A stretch of 56,884 nt of DNA, taken from NCBI GenBank assembly GCA_964419335.1, contig CAYQOX010000007.1:65189-122072 (forward strand), read 5' to 3'. This stretch comes from an uncultured bacterium (GTDB lineage Bacteria; Hinthialibacterota; Hinthialibacteria; Hinthialibacterales; Hinthialibacteraceae). Under the pieces are notes generated by a model. That model saw only the letters and a program-made list of their open reading frames with translations. It did not search any database and was not told the DNA's origin. Position numbers and translations under genes: made by a program. Each line of letters starts with the position of its first letter. Position 1 is the first letter of the stretch. Positions 29,801 through 35,144 of the stretch are shown piece after piece.

Positions 29801-30649
29801 CAAAGCCCTAGTTTACAAAAACAAATCCCCTATTGGCGAGAAGTGGAAAAATACGCCGGTAAAAGTATCCCCGTTGATTTTCAAGGAGAAGGCAATTGTT
29901 ATGGAGAAACTAAGGCCGTTGACTTTACTTTAAGCAACGAAGAAACCCAGGCTCTATTGCGCCAAGTTCATCTTGCCTATAACACAGAAATCAATGATAT
30001 TCTTTTAACGGGTTTGGCTCGTGCATTGTACGGTTGGATGAATGAGGAAACGTGTTTGATTGCACTTGAAGGCCATGGCCGTGAAGTCATCGATGAGACA
30101 ACCCGTGTATATCGTACCGCGGGATGGTTTACCAGTTTGTATCCTTTTGCCTTGCCATTGCATTACAATGAGGTTGGTACCCATATCAAGGAAATCAAAG
30201 AAGCCCTGCGCCGCATTCCCCACAAAGGAATGGGATACGCGATTTTAAAATATCTTACTCCTAATTCAATGAAGCAAGGTCTGACTTTCCAAGCACGACC
30301 GCAAATTGCTTTCAATTATTTAGGACAATTTGATCAGGAATCAAAGCAAGCCTTATTTACACCCGCGTTTGAATCCACAGGTCGGGGAGAAGGCGATTAC
30401 TTACAACGCGTTCATTTGCTCGAATGGGATGGTTATGTATTGCATGGGCAATTGCAATTCACACTAAGGTATAACCACAATTGGCATCGACACGAAACCG
30501 CATTGGAATTGGTACAGCGTTATGAACAATCCTTGAAGACCATACTCGACCATTGCTTACAACGTGAGACGGCAGACCTTACTCCGAGTGATGTCGCCCG
30601 AGTGGATATGAAAATCGACGATTTTGAGAACTTGTTTCAAGATGAATAG
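14882..30649 (+). CDS. Hybrid PKS-NRPS: KS-AT(malonyl)-ACP-AMT(aminotransferase)-C-A(Thr)-PCP-C(DCL-like)-A(?)-PCP-C(LCL)-A(Phe)-PCP-E
   Basis: ATG at 14882 with a GAAGGA site. KS: DTACSSS (about 15501), EAHGTGT, NIGHTE. AT: GHSIGE (about 16838), HAFH. ACP: GLDSL (about 17846). AMT: class-III aminotransferase fold with the PLP-Lys in YGKIVGGGLP (about 19184). C1: AHHIVIDG (20102). A1 code DFWNIGMVHK. PCP1: GGDSI (22700). C2: LSTMQEGILYHS, RHSALRTSI, SHHHIILDGWS (23315). A2 code DVRHIALLAK. PCP2: GGNSL. C3: SHAQRRLWIL, HHIVFDG (26543). A3 code DAWTVAAICK. PCP3: GGDSI (29117). E: PIQHWFF (29282), HHFMVDGITW, EGHGRE, RTAGWFTSLYPF, FNYLGQF. Confidence 0.9.
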   Translation: MDSITEQKYKETLRKASERIKALTVENESLKNPEPIAVIGMGCRFPGEANTPASFWELLRNGVDAVDEIPADRWDVEAYYDPDREALGKMYTKQGAFLSGVDLFDSSFFGITPKEAESMDPQQRILMEVSWEAFENASLNPAHFRGSRSGVFVGLSNYDYIQSHIHSGDVERITPYSGSGVMFSTTAGRLSYFYDFQGPCLTVDTACSSSLVTLHLAVKSLQKGECDLALTGGVNLLLSLDSYIAMCKVNALSPDGRCRTFDNEAQGYGRGEGCGVILLKRLSESLQDGDRILSVIRGTAVNHDGRSNGLTAPNGPSQQRVIQQALTDARLKPEEVDYIEAHGTGTILGDPIEVHALDTVYGKGRDQENPLFIGSVKTNIGHTEASAGIAGIIKVILALQNKMIPPSLHFHSPSQHITWDQIPIRVASQLQEWEVKDKKRIAGVSSFGLSGTNSHILLEEAPVNQVEVDPQDPRDSYTLKLSVHTEAALKQSALQFSDFLKNHPEVNLRDLCYTANTGRCDFARRIAIVAHTREEFSKALSAYSQEQKSPHVFLSRYQLKNKEVVFLFTGQGATYKGMGKVLYEHHPVFRESLEHCEEILSRYWNESLLDLLYQGEETRLLETEITQPVLVAFEYALAQLWKHWGIQPRVVVGHSIGEYAAAITAGVFSLETGLKLAVERGRLMQALPSRGAMAAVFASEEHMTPLLEAFTGKIHIAACNAPERMTLSGDADALEAFLEELREKNIEFRRLRVSHAFHSHHMQPMLEAFEQSVKQEKCNPPNLPFYSSVTGKRVDSKELLSSAYWTREIAQPVLFKQAVQSLYDDGMKIFLEVGPTETLALFARQTCSEGLFLSSLKKGVSDWARLQTSAAQLYVHGINVDWHTFESPFSGKRIDLPTYPFQRNRYWLDLCPIRNQKGTIASQSTEHTQDTTRNLTLQNETSTTNQQVKKMDIRETILNELTLQLAEVGGFQQEDISPEIRLIEMGLDSLMLVKIGQEVERRYQVELTMSQFFHEIQTLHDLVDYLMEHGDLRAVKGQESAVEETKPNKETRSSLPSIAHESIEPTSNSTVQLMREQLRLMEQVSKQSQESVEKLIQEQLSVLQNRAREDGKNLPATPSASTTHTQPAQPKPAEKKEPRVGGAERFRSLHLQRGGMMNEKQKKFIDELIQRHIQRTSTSKSMTQDSRPVLADWKHTLSFWGQLKEAKYPIISSRSEGARFWDVDGNEYIDVAMGMGVHFLGHTPPVVRQSLERQLSEGMEIGTQCDLTGEVARLICELTGNERVTFCNTGSEAVMVCLRLARAVSQRDTVVLFQESYHGIFDGVLAMEADGKKIPIGLGTPQGMIENVVVLKYGDPESLEKIEELGDELAAVLVEPVQSRNPDLQPQNFLKKLRRITQQNNVALIFDEMITGFRIHPGGAQHWFGVNADLCAYGKIVGGGLPIGVVAGKSKYMDYIDGGVWNYGDESGPSSAMIFFGGTFGRNPMTMASAHAALLELKRQGAELQQTVNRRTRSFCDRLNYWLEKERVPMRVKSFASQWRLVPLGDNDRQPLEMELLYLQLMVKGVYTWERRICFFSAAHGEEEIDYILKSIKESIHELRDAGLAFSMEGDIPKRFVAPTSIQRRLYALCQRPGGEKPYHQPYAYWVNGVLDIDRLEECMQEIILRHEALRCSFHELEGDLVLRIEDEPRFLIERYEARDEEVEEILTRLIRPFDLHTAPLLRMAVIQISPERYLLFNDAHHIVIDGLSFNTIVRDLMDLYEGRTPQPVKHTFLECAALLEKRCDEKRLALLDAFWEKELHGPLPVLELPTDYPRPKEPDYEGEHLISTLDETSLRRIKDYTKKQGISLYIFLAAAYTTLLHRLTGQEDILVGTPVSGRDIPEAQDTVGMFVNTSVLRNYPKADTPFEQFLHEVKETCACVYDHQDYSFERMANRYNNGRPQNRNAIFDTTLAYENANDRIFTIRDLTFTQYPLHDKSSMFDFRLEVIEEQDSLSLDFQYSTQLFSRESIERWVKYFHQLLDEILQDPSTPLGVIDILPLSEKEWLKQCNQTQADYPQKTIIELFEEQVAKTPERIALVFQDTTLTYRELDRWVNRIANALQKKHSISSGDRVGVFLERSEWVICAFLAILKTGGVYVPLDSEYPQERLRFMIEDSGCSVILTQKKLLPLLPAEVQHLAEEIDELDTYEEATMDTSISIDNPAYVIYTSGSTGQPKGCVITHRNVVRLVKNKRHDFDFHEEDVWICTHSFCFDFSVWEMYGALLYGGRVVIASKETTRDPQRLLNLLRAHRVTVLNQTPASFLNLIEVEKKQSKHCLDEHLRYVIFGGDRLEPAALKPWVDLYSLSTIALINMYGITETTVHVTFYPINESDIQSTRGQSPIGRPIPETQVYVCNAMMQEQPIGVVGEMYVGGSGVCQGYLNRTELTQERFIPSPWGEGRLYRTGDLAHRLADGNLVYLGRNDQQVQIRGHRVELDEIHFHLLQHPCVQKALITAHTNAQEQLELVAYYITEGVVTIQELRDHLAARIPMYMIPSSFVTLDEFPLTPNGKMDRRALPDPQSAKVTSEENFVYPRDEIEKTIAQVWSEILGCERVGIEDNYFVLGGDSIKAIQIVSRLFQAGIEVEVRHILEAQTVAGLREHVKDSRSYEKAESRFGLEQEELDNVLRYLGVEAKQVENILPLSTMQEGILYHSIADENSNAYFEQFTYRIRGELHKQSFEQSWNELAKRHSALRTSIVYDQSREPIQVVLRDRPVPFYYEDWRSFSREEQNQKLEEYQQRDREHSFDLSHEPLMRISVLRMEENVYEVIWSHHHIILDGWSMGILVEEFMKIYDSLRANKPIQLPCAPSYSSYIEWLIAKDREESLSFWEQFLCHYEKPVSIPKTKNENAIQDYKLNEHVFYLDESTTQNLQQKAREQHVTLNTMMQSIWAYILGTYNDSRDVVFGVVVSGRPPQLEGVEKMVGLFLQSIPMRVQWDASTKFTQLVQQVQRVFSECESHHVCSMGEILSLTPHKQNLLDHLFVFENYPMLEADWRETLGFSVEDIRSYEQMNYHFGIVIHPGNGLEVKFSYNENVHTTEQMRKIEKDIRSVIQTMLRDESVSLNEIMIGDDSRKHSVQVLEDSLSWWKRDLTVLDLFEEQVMNTPDHVAVEGASRTLTYVQLNQEANALAHALLQANVGRDRMVGIYMGNGIDYVVSMIAVQKAGGVFVPIDPETPRKRLETILQKIEATVVITQASYVQSLKESLHDFYSIVQPEHFFFIDDSNTWRHLSMNNGESDSPIPMITEPLRDRPMVTDSMYVVFTSGSTGEPKAILGGHNGLSHFIQWESYEFDVDETVRTSNLAPVMFDVSLRDLFLPLVNGGSVIIPAPEVRTDLSALAQWMGEKQITLVHIVPSMFRLLLNEVEALSLSPEVFQTLRTVILAGEALYEKDIQRGRALLGEHIEYVNLYGPSETTLAKVFYRIPKSIEGSNRGIVLGKAMDGTKAFIVKNNRAATVGEIGEIYIQTPFDCKGYYGDPERTAESFVPHPFKNESSEQVYRTGDLGRLTANGDIEFVGRLDRQVKVNGVRVELAEIDRVLGLDPNIDQSTVMIYSRADGENVLVAYYTEKYPVNEDALRSMMEQYLPAAMIPNYFVPLDEFPYNLNGKIDRKALPKPEDLVYDRVDYEPPRDEIEKRLVDIWKQVLGVKKIGVNSPFLHVGGNSLKAIRVISWINREFTSDLRIRSFFELATIRKIAEAIRVKKEVAADTIEPLPKQPDYPLSHAQRRLWILHQLEIDARAYNLPSVLLLEGLFDVNSFCQAMQIVVDRHESLRTTFHQINNEPRQVIHDHIAFDVEIVDLRDETDGLKTAKESVRKDAHRSFDLTQGPLIRVLLYQIADERYVLFTNFHHIVFDGTSISVLIRDVLHLYQAFVKKEEPNLPSLRIQYKDFAAWQNAHLAQDTMKEHREYWLKKLEGELPVLNLQTDFPRPPVQTFNGETLSFDLDPNLLTWFRQYCFEHGGSLYMGAVALIKTLLYRYTGQRDLLVGSVIAGRDLDELDDQVGFYVNTLVLRDEINPESHFAQIFESIKQTITEAFEHREYPFDQIVDDLGLDRDMSRPPLTEIMVVYQNMERHDFAIEGVEIKELDIDFHCSKFPLSFVFEEKPNGTLSLKVEYNTDLFRRKRIEHMVGHLHELLHSIKANFKHPVGSLNILPDHEQRLLHQCNDTAYDYPEDQTIVDLIEHQVDQNPHAKAVVCEKVEWTYRELNAKANLLAHRLIHTYKLQAGHHVGVLISRSEWLPVAFLGIQKAGGVYVPIDPTYPHERVSFMLQDCGATLLLTDREFDQTLKQKAKTVLDIRHLNGKDPSNPRVAITSRDVAYVIYTSGSTGQPKGVLIEHQSAVNLSTYHRHSLKVNTKDRVLQFAPASFDASVWEMIMALVQGACLVVTSRECVYDHKQFERYLQKNHVSVATLPPSYVAELPKESLTSLRLLVTAGETARVEDALSLSQSIEYINAYGPTESTICATSHRVDPQGKYQDSIPIGKPIQNMEVLILDEQGQLMPMGYPGELYLGGVGVARGYLHREALNKEKFVQHPYRPEERVYRSGDMGFWNWNKEIEFLGRMDDQVKIRGNRIELGEVEHCINQSPEVNEVVVTTRQEQGRDFLAAYFTSEKEIVPSSVREHVEKHLPEYMIPTYWVPMDAIPTLPNGKVDRKQLPNPVDASINSAREYIAPRTEKETCLCHIWSRVLGLHRVGIYDRFFELGGDSIKAIQIVSHVQEEGYNLTVKEIFRFPTIETLAARLKKNKNLLSTDLSKEPIAFTPIQHWFFEEHQDDIHHFNQSILLKPQHTLCIDALRRALKELVNYHDSLRLMFPFENGERQQRYREKDSHFDLLVKDLSNSVHFEESLKEHAQTIQQSMDLQRGPLFKAVLYRQNEEERLWLVAHHFMVDGITWRILIEDLTLAYQQSLEGKQITLPPKSASYQQWSQALQHYSQSPSLQKQIPYWREVEKYAGKSIPVDFQGEGNCYGETKAVDFTLSNEETQALLRQVHLAYNTEINDILLTGLARALYGWMNEETCLIALEGHGREVIDETTRVYRTAGWFTSLYPFALPLHYNEVGTHIKEIKEALRRIPHKGMGYAILKYLTPNSMKQGLTFQARPQIAFNYLGQFDQESKQALFTPAFESTGRGEGDYLQRVHLLEWDGYVLHGQLQFTLRYNHNWHRHETALELVQRYEQSLKTILDHCLQRETADLTPSDVARVDMKIDDFENLFQDE
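18290..19700 (+). other. Integrated class-III (GSA-aminomutase-like) aminotransferase domain (AMT)
   Basis: About 470 aa after the ACP and a low-complexity coiled-coil linker. Motifs include GMGVHFLGH, TGSEAV, LIFDEMITGFR and YGKIVGGGLP (the PLP-lysine context). Its position after KS-AT-ACP matches beta-amination modules. Confidence 0.75.
21040..22560 (+). other. Adenylation domain A1, predicted Thr
   Basis: Hand-extracted Stachelhaus positions from FDFSVWE (D235 F236 W239), LNQTP (N278), VIFGGD (I299 G301), NMYGITETTVH (M322 V330 H331). The code DFWNIGMVHK equals the canonical Thr code. The 517 Lys is assumed from LTPNGKMDRRAL. Confidence 0.7.
24270..25850 (+). other. Adenylation domain A2, non-canonical specificity code
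   Basis: FDVSLRD gives D235 V236 R239. HIVPS gives H278. ILAGEA gives I299 A301. NLYGPSETTLA gives L322 L330 A331. The code is about DVRHIALLAK, with no match to the standard codes I know. Core motifs (FTSGSTGEPK, GRLDRQVKVNGVRVE, NLNGKIDRKAL) are intact. Confidence 0.5.
27500..28970 (+). other. Adenylation domain A3, predicted Phe (aromatic)
   Basis: FDASVWE (D A W), ATLPPS (T278), VTAGET (V299 A301), NAYGPTESTIC (A322 I330 C331). The code DAWTVAAICK is one substitution from the GrsA Phe code DAWTIAAICK. A PCP with GGDSI and a canonical E domain follow. Confidence 0.65.
29270..30646 (+). other. Epimerization domain (C-terminal domain of gene C)
   Basis: E1 PIQHWFF, E2 HHFMVDGITW, E4 EGHGRE, E5 RTAGWFTSLYPF, E6 HKGMGYAIL, E7 FNYLGQF. 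The upstream PCP has the GGDSI signature typical of E-coupled carrier proteins. Confidence 0.8.
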
Positions 30650-33600
30650 GACAACAAACGTCATCACCAAAGAAAGCGTTCAACGCATTTACCCTTTGCG
30701 ACCTATGCAAAAGGGAATGCTTTTTCATTCCTTACACGATTCGGAAAAGGCTTTTTATTTTGAGCAGATCCGTTATCGCTTGAGGGGAAATTTAGATGTT
30801 GCCCTATGTGAGCAAGTTTGGAATGAATTAATGCGGCGCCATGAACTGTTGCGCTCTGTGTTTGTAAGTCAAAAAGTTTCTCAACCCGTTCAGATTGTTT
30901 TGAAGCACCGGCAGGTAGATTTTACGTACAAAGATTTGCGGTATTTATCGGATGAGGAATGCCAATCTTATATTGATGATACATTATTTCATGAAAGACA
31001 ACGTGGTTTCGATCTAAGCCGGGATGCACTAGTGCGTATCTATATTTTTCAATGTGACGATCATACCTATGAGATGGTTTGGAATTATCCCCATATTTTG
31101 CTGGATGGATGGTCGGGATCGATTTTACAATCAGAGTTTATTGAGTTATATGAAGCTTATTGCACTGGAAGAGCACCCGATTTAAACCCTCCAGCAGATT
31201 ATAATGACTATCTGGATTGGTGCGAAAATAACGATCGGCAAGAAGATCTCCGTTACTGGCAGCATCTTTTACAAGGGTATGATTTTGTGGCCACGGTTCC
31301 GCAGTGGAATAAGCAAAACCATGGACAATCGTATGAACCGAGCGAGTATTCTTTTCGTTTTGACCACGATACAACCGAAGCTTTGCTTCGACTTGCGAGG
31401 CGTTTGCAGTGCACCCTGAATGTATTACTCCAAACAATGTGGGGTGTAATCTTAGGGCGCTATAACCAAAGTAGCGACGTGGTTTTTGGAGTCGTCGTTT
31501 CTGGCCGGCCTCCTGAAGTAACAGGCATCGATCGCATGGTGGGGTTATTTATTAATACCTTGCCGCTTCGGGTGCGTGTAGAATCCAATTCAACATTCAA
31601 TGAATTAATTCAAGAAATACAAGAGCAATCTTTAGCGAACCAAGAACATGATTCTTTATCGCTCGCAGAGATTCAAAATGAAATTCAAACGACAGACACT
31701 CTTTTAGATCATCTTTTTGTTTTTGAAAATTATCCCATGGATCAACGTTTGGGAGAGCGAGTCAATCTCTCCACAGTTGGATTTGAAGTGGAATCCACAG
31801 AGATGTTCGAACAAGTAAATTATCCCTTTGGGATGATGGTTTTACCTGGTGAAGAACTACAAATATCCTTTCGCTATGATGAGCAAGTTCACACGTATGA
31901 ACAAATGCGATGGATGGAGGGACATTGGCGTGCTCTAACAGCTCAGATTCTTGAGGATCCAGAATTCACTGTTCAAGAATTGACCATTCTTTCCGAAACT
32001 GAAAATCGCAAGGTATTGTATGAATTTCAAGGAAAGTTTGTGGATTACCCACGATATAAAACATTAGTTGATCTTTGGGAAGAGCAGGTAGCGAAAACCC
32101 CTCAAAATATTGCCCTTCGAATGGATAGGAAGGCCTTGACTTATGTTGAACTGGATCAATTAGCGAATGGGGTAGCGCATAACCTTCGTATCCACCATGG
32201 AATAAAACCGGAAAAGCGGATTGGGGTTTTATTGCCCCGTGGCTTTGATTTCATGATTTCGTTGTTAGGGATTCTCAAAGCAGGAGGCGTTTATGTCCCT
32301 ATGGATCCGAACTATCCGAGCGAAAGAATACAATTCATCGTAGAAGATGCCCAGTGTGAGGTGTTGCTAGTTACAGAGGACTCGGATTTGAACTTAACGG
32401 ACACGAATGTAAGTCAGGTCGTTCCCATTCGTACGCTTATGAAAAAAGTGAAAGCTATACCTGAGCTCTCTCTCTCAAGCGACAACTTGGCATACATGAT
32501 ATATACTTCCGGTTCAACCGGGCAGCCCAAAGGGGTGATGCTCGAACATCGTGGTTTTATCAACATGATCCAAGAGCAAATTTGCGCTTTTGGAGTAAGC
32601 GAAAAGGATCGTGTTTTACAATTCGCTTCCTGTTCATTTGATGCTTCACTTTCAGAAATATTCATGGCGCTTTTAAGCGGGGCATGCTTGGTACTTGTTG
32701 AAGAAGAATTAATCCGCGATGCGAATCGTATGTCGTCCTTTATGGATGAGGAGGGAATCACTGTCGTTACATTCCCACCCTCTTACTTACGGGCTATGGA
32801 GAAAAGGGATTTTCCCTCGCTGCGGGTGATGATTACCGCAGGCGAGTCTTTGCATGAAGAAGATGCGATTTACTATGCCGCCCGTTTACGATATTTCAAT
32901 GCTTATGGCCCGACAGAAACATCCGTGTGCGCTACGTATGTTGAACTTGATCCTGCAAACTTACAGCATCAGCCCGCTTCAATTGGACACCCCATCGCCA
33001 ATACCCAAATACTGATTCTAGATTCATCTCTTCAGCCTGTTCCTTTAGGAGTTGTGGGTGAGATCTGTATCGCAGGAGAGGGTGTGGCGCGGGGATATTG
33101 GAATCGCCCTGATGAAAACGAAAAGAAATTTATTGAGCACCCATTTATTCATGAGGGGAAACTCTATTGTACTGGTGACCTGGGGCGATGGCTTGAAAAT
33201 GGGTGTATTGAGTTTCTTGGGCGTAAAGATTCTCAAGTAAAGCTCCATGGCTACCGTATTGAACTGGGAGAAATTGAAAAACAGATTCAACGTGTATCTG
33301 AGATACAACAAGCGGTTGTGCGGATTATCGAACGGGAAGGGGAGAAGAAAGAACTTATCGCTTATTACGTGGCTAGCCGTGAGATCCAAAAAAATGATCT
33401 TTACGCTGTACTACGTAAATCGCTACCCGCGTATATGATCCCGAGTGATTTTATTTCACTGGGTGAGTTTCCTCTGACGCCAAATCTGAAAATTGATTAT
33501 AAGCGCTTACCCGATCCCCGCGAGAGCGTTCGTCAACTAAAAGAGGTTACCGCCCCTCGAAATTCAAGCGAAGCAGAGATGGTCCAAATATGGGAACAGG

Positions 33601-35069
33601 TTTTGTCACGCAAACCAATTGGCATCCATGACTCATTTTTTGATCATGGGGGGCATTCTCTTCTCGCCATTCAACTTGTGGGACAAATGGGAAAATCGGG
33701 ATTTTCAATACCACTGAAAACCCTTTATGAGTATCCTACCATTGCTCAACTTGCTGAGCATCTTAATGCCATAACAGAAAAGCAATATGATTCGATAGTA
33801 CATGGGCGTTTTAAACTAACGCCAATTCAACGCTGGTTTTTCCAAAGCCGTCGTCATGGCCATCATCATTTCAACCATTATGCTTTGCTAGAAGCCAACA
33901 ATGAGATTGATGTGGAAGTGTTACAACGTGCCTTAAAAAAACTGTGGCTTCATCATGATGGTTTACGTTCACGTTTTGATTTCTGCAATGATGATGTTGA
34001 TCAGATCATTGAAGATGATACATTCTCAATGCCATTCGATGTAGTTGATTTGCGTAAGCACAGTGATGCATGGCCGTATATGATAAATCGCATAGAAGAG
34101 GAACAAACTTCGTTGTGTTTAGAAACAGGGCCTTTGTGCAGACACATTCTGTTTCGTCTATCCGAAGGGGATTATTTCTTTTGGTTAATCCACCATCTTA
34201 TTACGGATGCCATATCTTGGAATATATTGTTCGAGGATCTAGAAGAGGCCTATCATCAGTCTTTCTCCGGTATCCCCATATCCCTTCCACCCAAAACGTC
34301 TTCCTATCAACAATGGGCAGAAGCCTTAAATCAATACGCAGTACATGAAAATGTATTACAAGAAAAACCTTTTTGGCAAAGGATCGAAGAAACCTATGTT
34401 TCTCCTTTGCCTCTGTCCAATTTAAATCCAGATCCTATAAATGTATATGGCGACAGCCATACACTAACATGTTCTTTCCCGCTGGAAAAAATAAATGAGA
34501 CATTTTATGAATCACCCGCATCATATATCTTGAGTGCGATAGGCTATTCTCTTTATGAATGGAGCGGGAATCAAATGTACCGAGTTCTTATGACTCATCA
34601 TGGGCGGGATTCCCCATGGACTTCATTGCAAGTTCATCGAACTGTTGGTTGGTTTACAGTGTATTATCCCTTATTGTTAAATTTATATCCATCCAAGAGA
34701 AAAGATGAGTTATATCAAAAAATACGCGATTGGATGAATCAAGTACCTCACTGTGGGATAGGGTATGGTATTCTTCGTTATCTTAGCCCTATGGAAGATA
34801 CGAACAATATGGAGTGGTCGTCACCTTCCATTTTGTTTAACTATATGGGTGAAATTTTTTCAAAGCGCAGAGAAGGTTTATTTGTTCTTTGCGAAGAGCA
34901 TTCCGGCGCTTCTCTTTCGCCTATAATGGAACGCCCTTTTTTATTAGAAATTGATGCGATGATTCGGGATAATCATATTGATATTCATTTGAGTTACAAT
35001 CAACAAATACATAGTAATGACAGTATTCAAAAAATAAAATGGGGTATAAAAAAGCATTTGCCATATTAA
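30642..35069 (+). CDS. NRPS module: C(DCL-type)-A(Tyr)-PCP-terminal E-like domain; no TE
   Basis: The ORF track start at 30624 is TTG. The ATG at 30642 overlaps the stop of the previous gene (ATGAATAGG), consistent with translational coupling. C: RPMQKGMLFHSL and YPHILLDGWS (first His replaced by Pro). A code DASTIAAVCK. PCP: GGHSL (about 33650). Terminal domain has PIQRWFF (33822), HHLITDAISW, RTVGWFT, GIGYG and FNYMGE, which are E-domain-like motifs. The protein ends at 35069 with no thioesterase. Confidence 0.9.
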   Translation: MNRTTNVITKESVQRIYPLRPMQKGMLFHSLHDSEKAFYFEQIRYRLRGNLDVALCEQVWNELMRRHELLRSVFVSQKVSQPVQIVLKHRQVDFTYKDLRYLSDEECQSYIDDTLFHERQRGFDLSRDALVRIYIFQCDDHTYEMVWNYPHILLDGWSGSILQSEFIELYEAYCTGRAPDLNPPADYNDYLDWCENNDRQEDLRYWQHLLQGYDFVATVPQWNKQNHGQSYEPSEYSFRFDHDTTEALLRLARRLQCTLNVLLQTMWGVILGRYNQSSDVVFGVVVSGRPPEVTGIDRMVGLFINTLPLRVRVESNSTFNELIQEIQEQSLANQEHDSLSLAEIQNEIQTTDTLLDHLFVFENYPMDQRLGERVNLSTVGFEVESTEMFEQVNYPFGMMVLPGEELQISFRYDEQVHTYEQMRWMEGHWRALTAQILEDPEFTVQELTILSETENRKVLYEFQGKFVDYPRYKTLVDLWEEQVAKTPQNIALRMDRKALTYVELDQLANGVAHNLRIHHGIKPEKRIGVLLPRGFDFMISLLGILKAGGVYVPMDPNYPSERIQFIVEDAQCEVLLVTEDSDLNLTDTNVSQVVPIRTLMKKVKAIPELSLSSDNLAYMIYTSGSTGQPKGVMLEHRGFINMIQEQICAFGVSEKDRVLQFASCSFDASLSEIFMALLSGACLVLVEEELIRDANRMSSFMDEEGITVVTFPPSYLRAMEKRDFPSLRVMITAGESLHEEDAIYYAARLRYFNAYGPTETSVCATYVELDPANLQHQPASIGHPIANTQILILDSSLQPVPLGVVGEICIAGEGVARGYWNRPDENEKKFIEHPFIHEGKLYCTGDLGRWLENGCIEFLGRKDSQVKLHGYRIELGEIEKQIQRVSEIQQAVVRIIEREGEKKELIAYYVASREIQKNDLYAVLRKSLPAYMIPSDFISLGEFPLTPNLKIDYKRLPDPRESVRQLKEVTAPRNSSEAEMVQIWEQVLSRKPIGIHDSFFDHGGHSLLAIQLVGQMGKSGFSIPLKTLYEYPTIAQLAEHLNAITEKQYDSIVHGRFKLTPIQRWFFQSRRHGHHHFNHYALLEANNEIDVEVLQRALKKLWLHHDGLRSRFDFCNDDVDQIIEDDTFSMPFDVVDLRKHSDAWPYMINRIEEEQTSLCLETGPLCRHILFRLSEGDYFFWLIHHLITDAISWNILFEDLEEAYHQSFSGIPISLPPKTSSYQQWAEALNQYAVHENVLQEKPFWQRIEETYVSPLPLSNLNPDPINVYGDSHTLTCSFPLEKINETFYESPASYILSAIGYSLYEWSGNQMYRVLMTHHGRDSPWTSLQVHRTVGWFTVYYPLLLNLYPSKRKDELYQKIRDWMNQVPHCGIGYGILRYLSPMEDTNNMEWSSPSILFNYMGEIFSKRREGLFVLCEEHSGASLSPIMERPFLLEIDAMIRDNHIDIHLSYNQQIHSNDSIQKIKWGIKKHLPY
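32030..33520 (+). other. Adenylation domain A4, predicted Tyr
   Basis: FDASLSE (D A S), VTFPPS (T278), ITAGES (I299 A301), NAYGPTETSVC (A322 V330 C331). The code is DASTIAAVCK, which I recall as a Tyr code. Confidence 0.6.
33810..35066 (+). other. Terminal E-like (condensation-superfamily) domain at the end of the assembly line
   Basis: PIQRWFF, HHLITDAISW (same spacing as E2 HHLVVDGISW but with Gly replaced by Ala), THHGRD, RTVGWFT, CGIGYGILRYL, FNYMGE. No downstream C domain or TE. Confidence 0.65.
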
Positions 35070-35144
35070 TTAAAGTTAAAAGTATGTACAATATTTATTT
35101 GTCTTATTATATGGACCATCTTAAATAATGAAGGGAAAAAGCCA

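Noticed and set aside
14940-30248. Dozens of 60 to 150-aa ORFs on the opposite strand or in other frames inside the megasynthase genes (e.g. 14940..15218 -, 16717..17300 -, 23367..23881 -, 26802..27080 -)
   Set aside because: They lie wholly within long motif-rich PKS/NRPS coding sequence, have no RBS or recognisable motifs, and are the expected antisense artefacts of long ORFs.
33810-35066. Interpreting the terminal NRPS domain as a thioesterase or as a fungal-type CT macrocyclising domain
   Set aside because: There is no GxSxG/Asp/His hydrolase triad. The motifs present (PIQxWF, RTVGWFT, GxGYG, FNYxG) are those of bacterial E domains, so it is called E-like.
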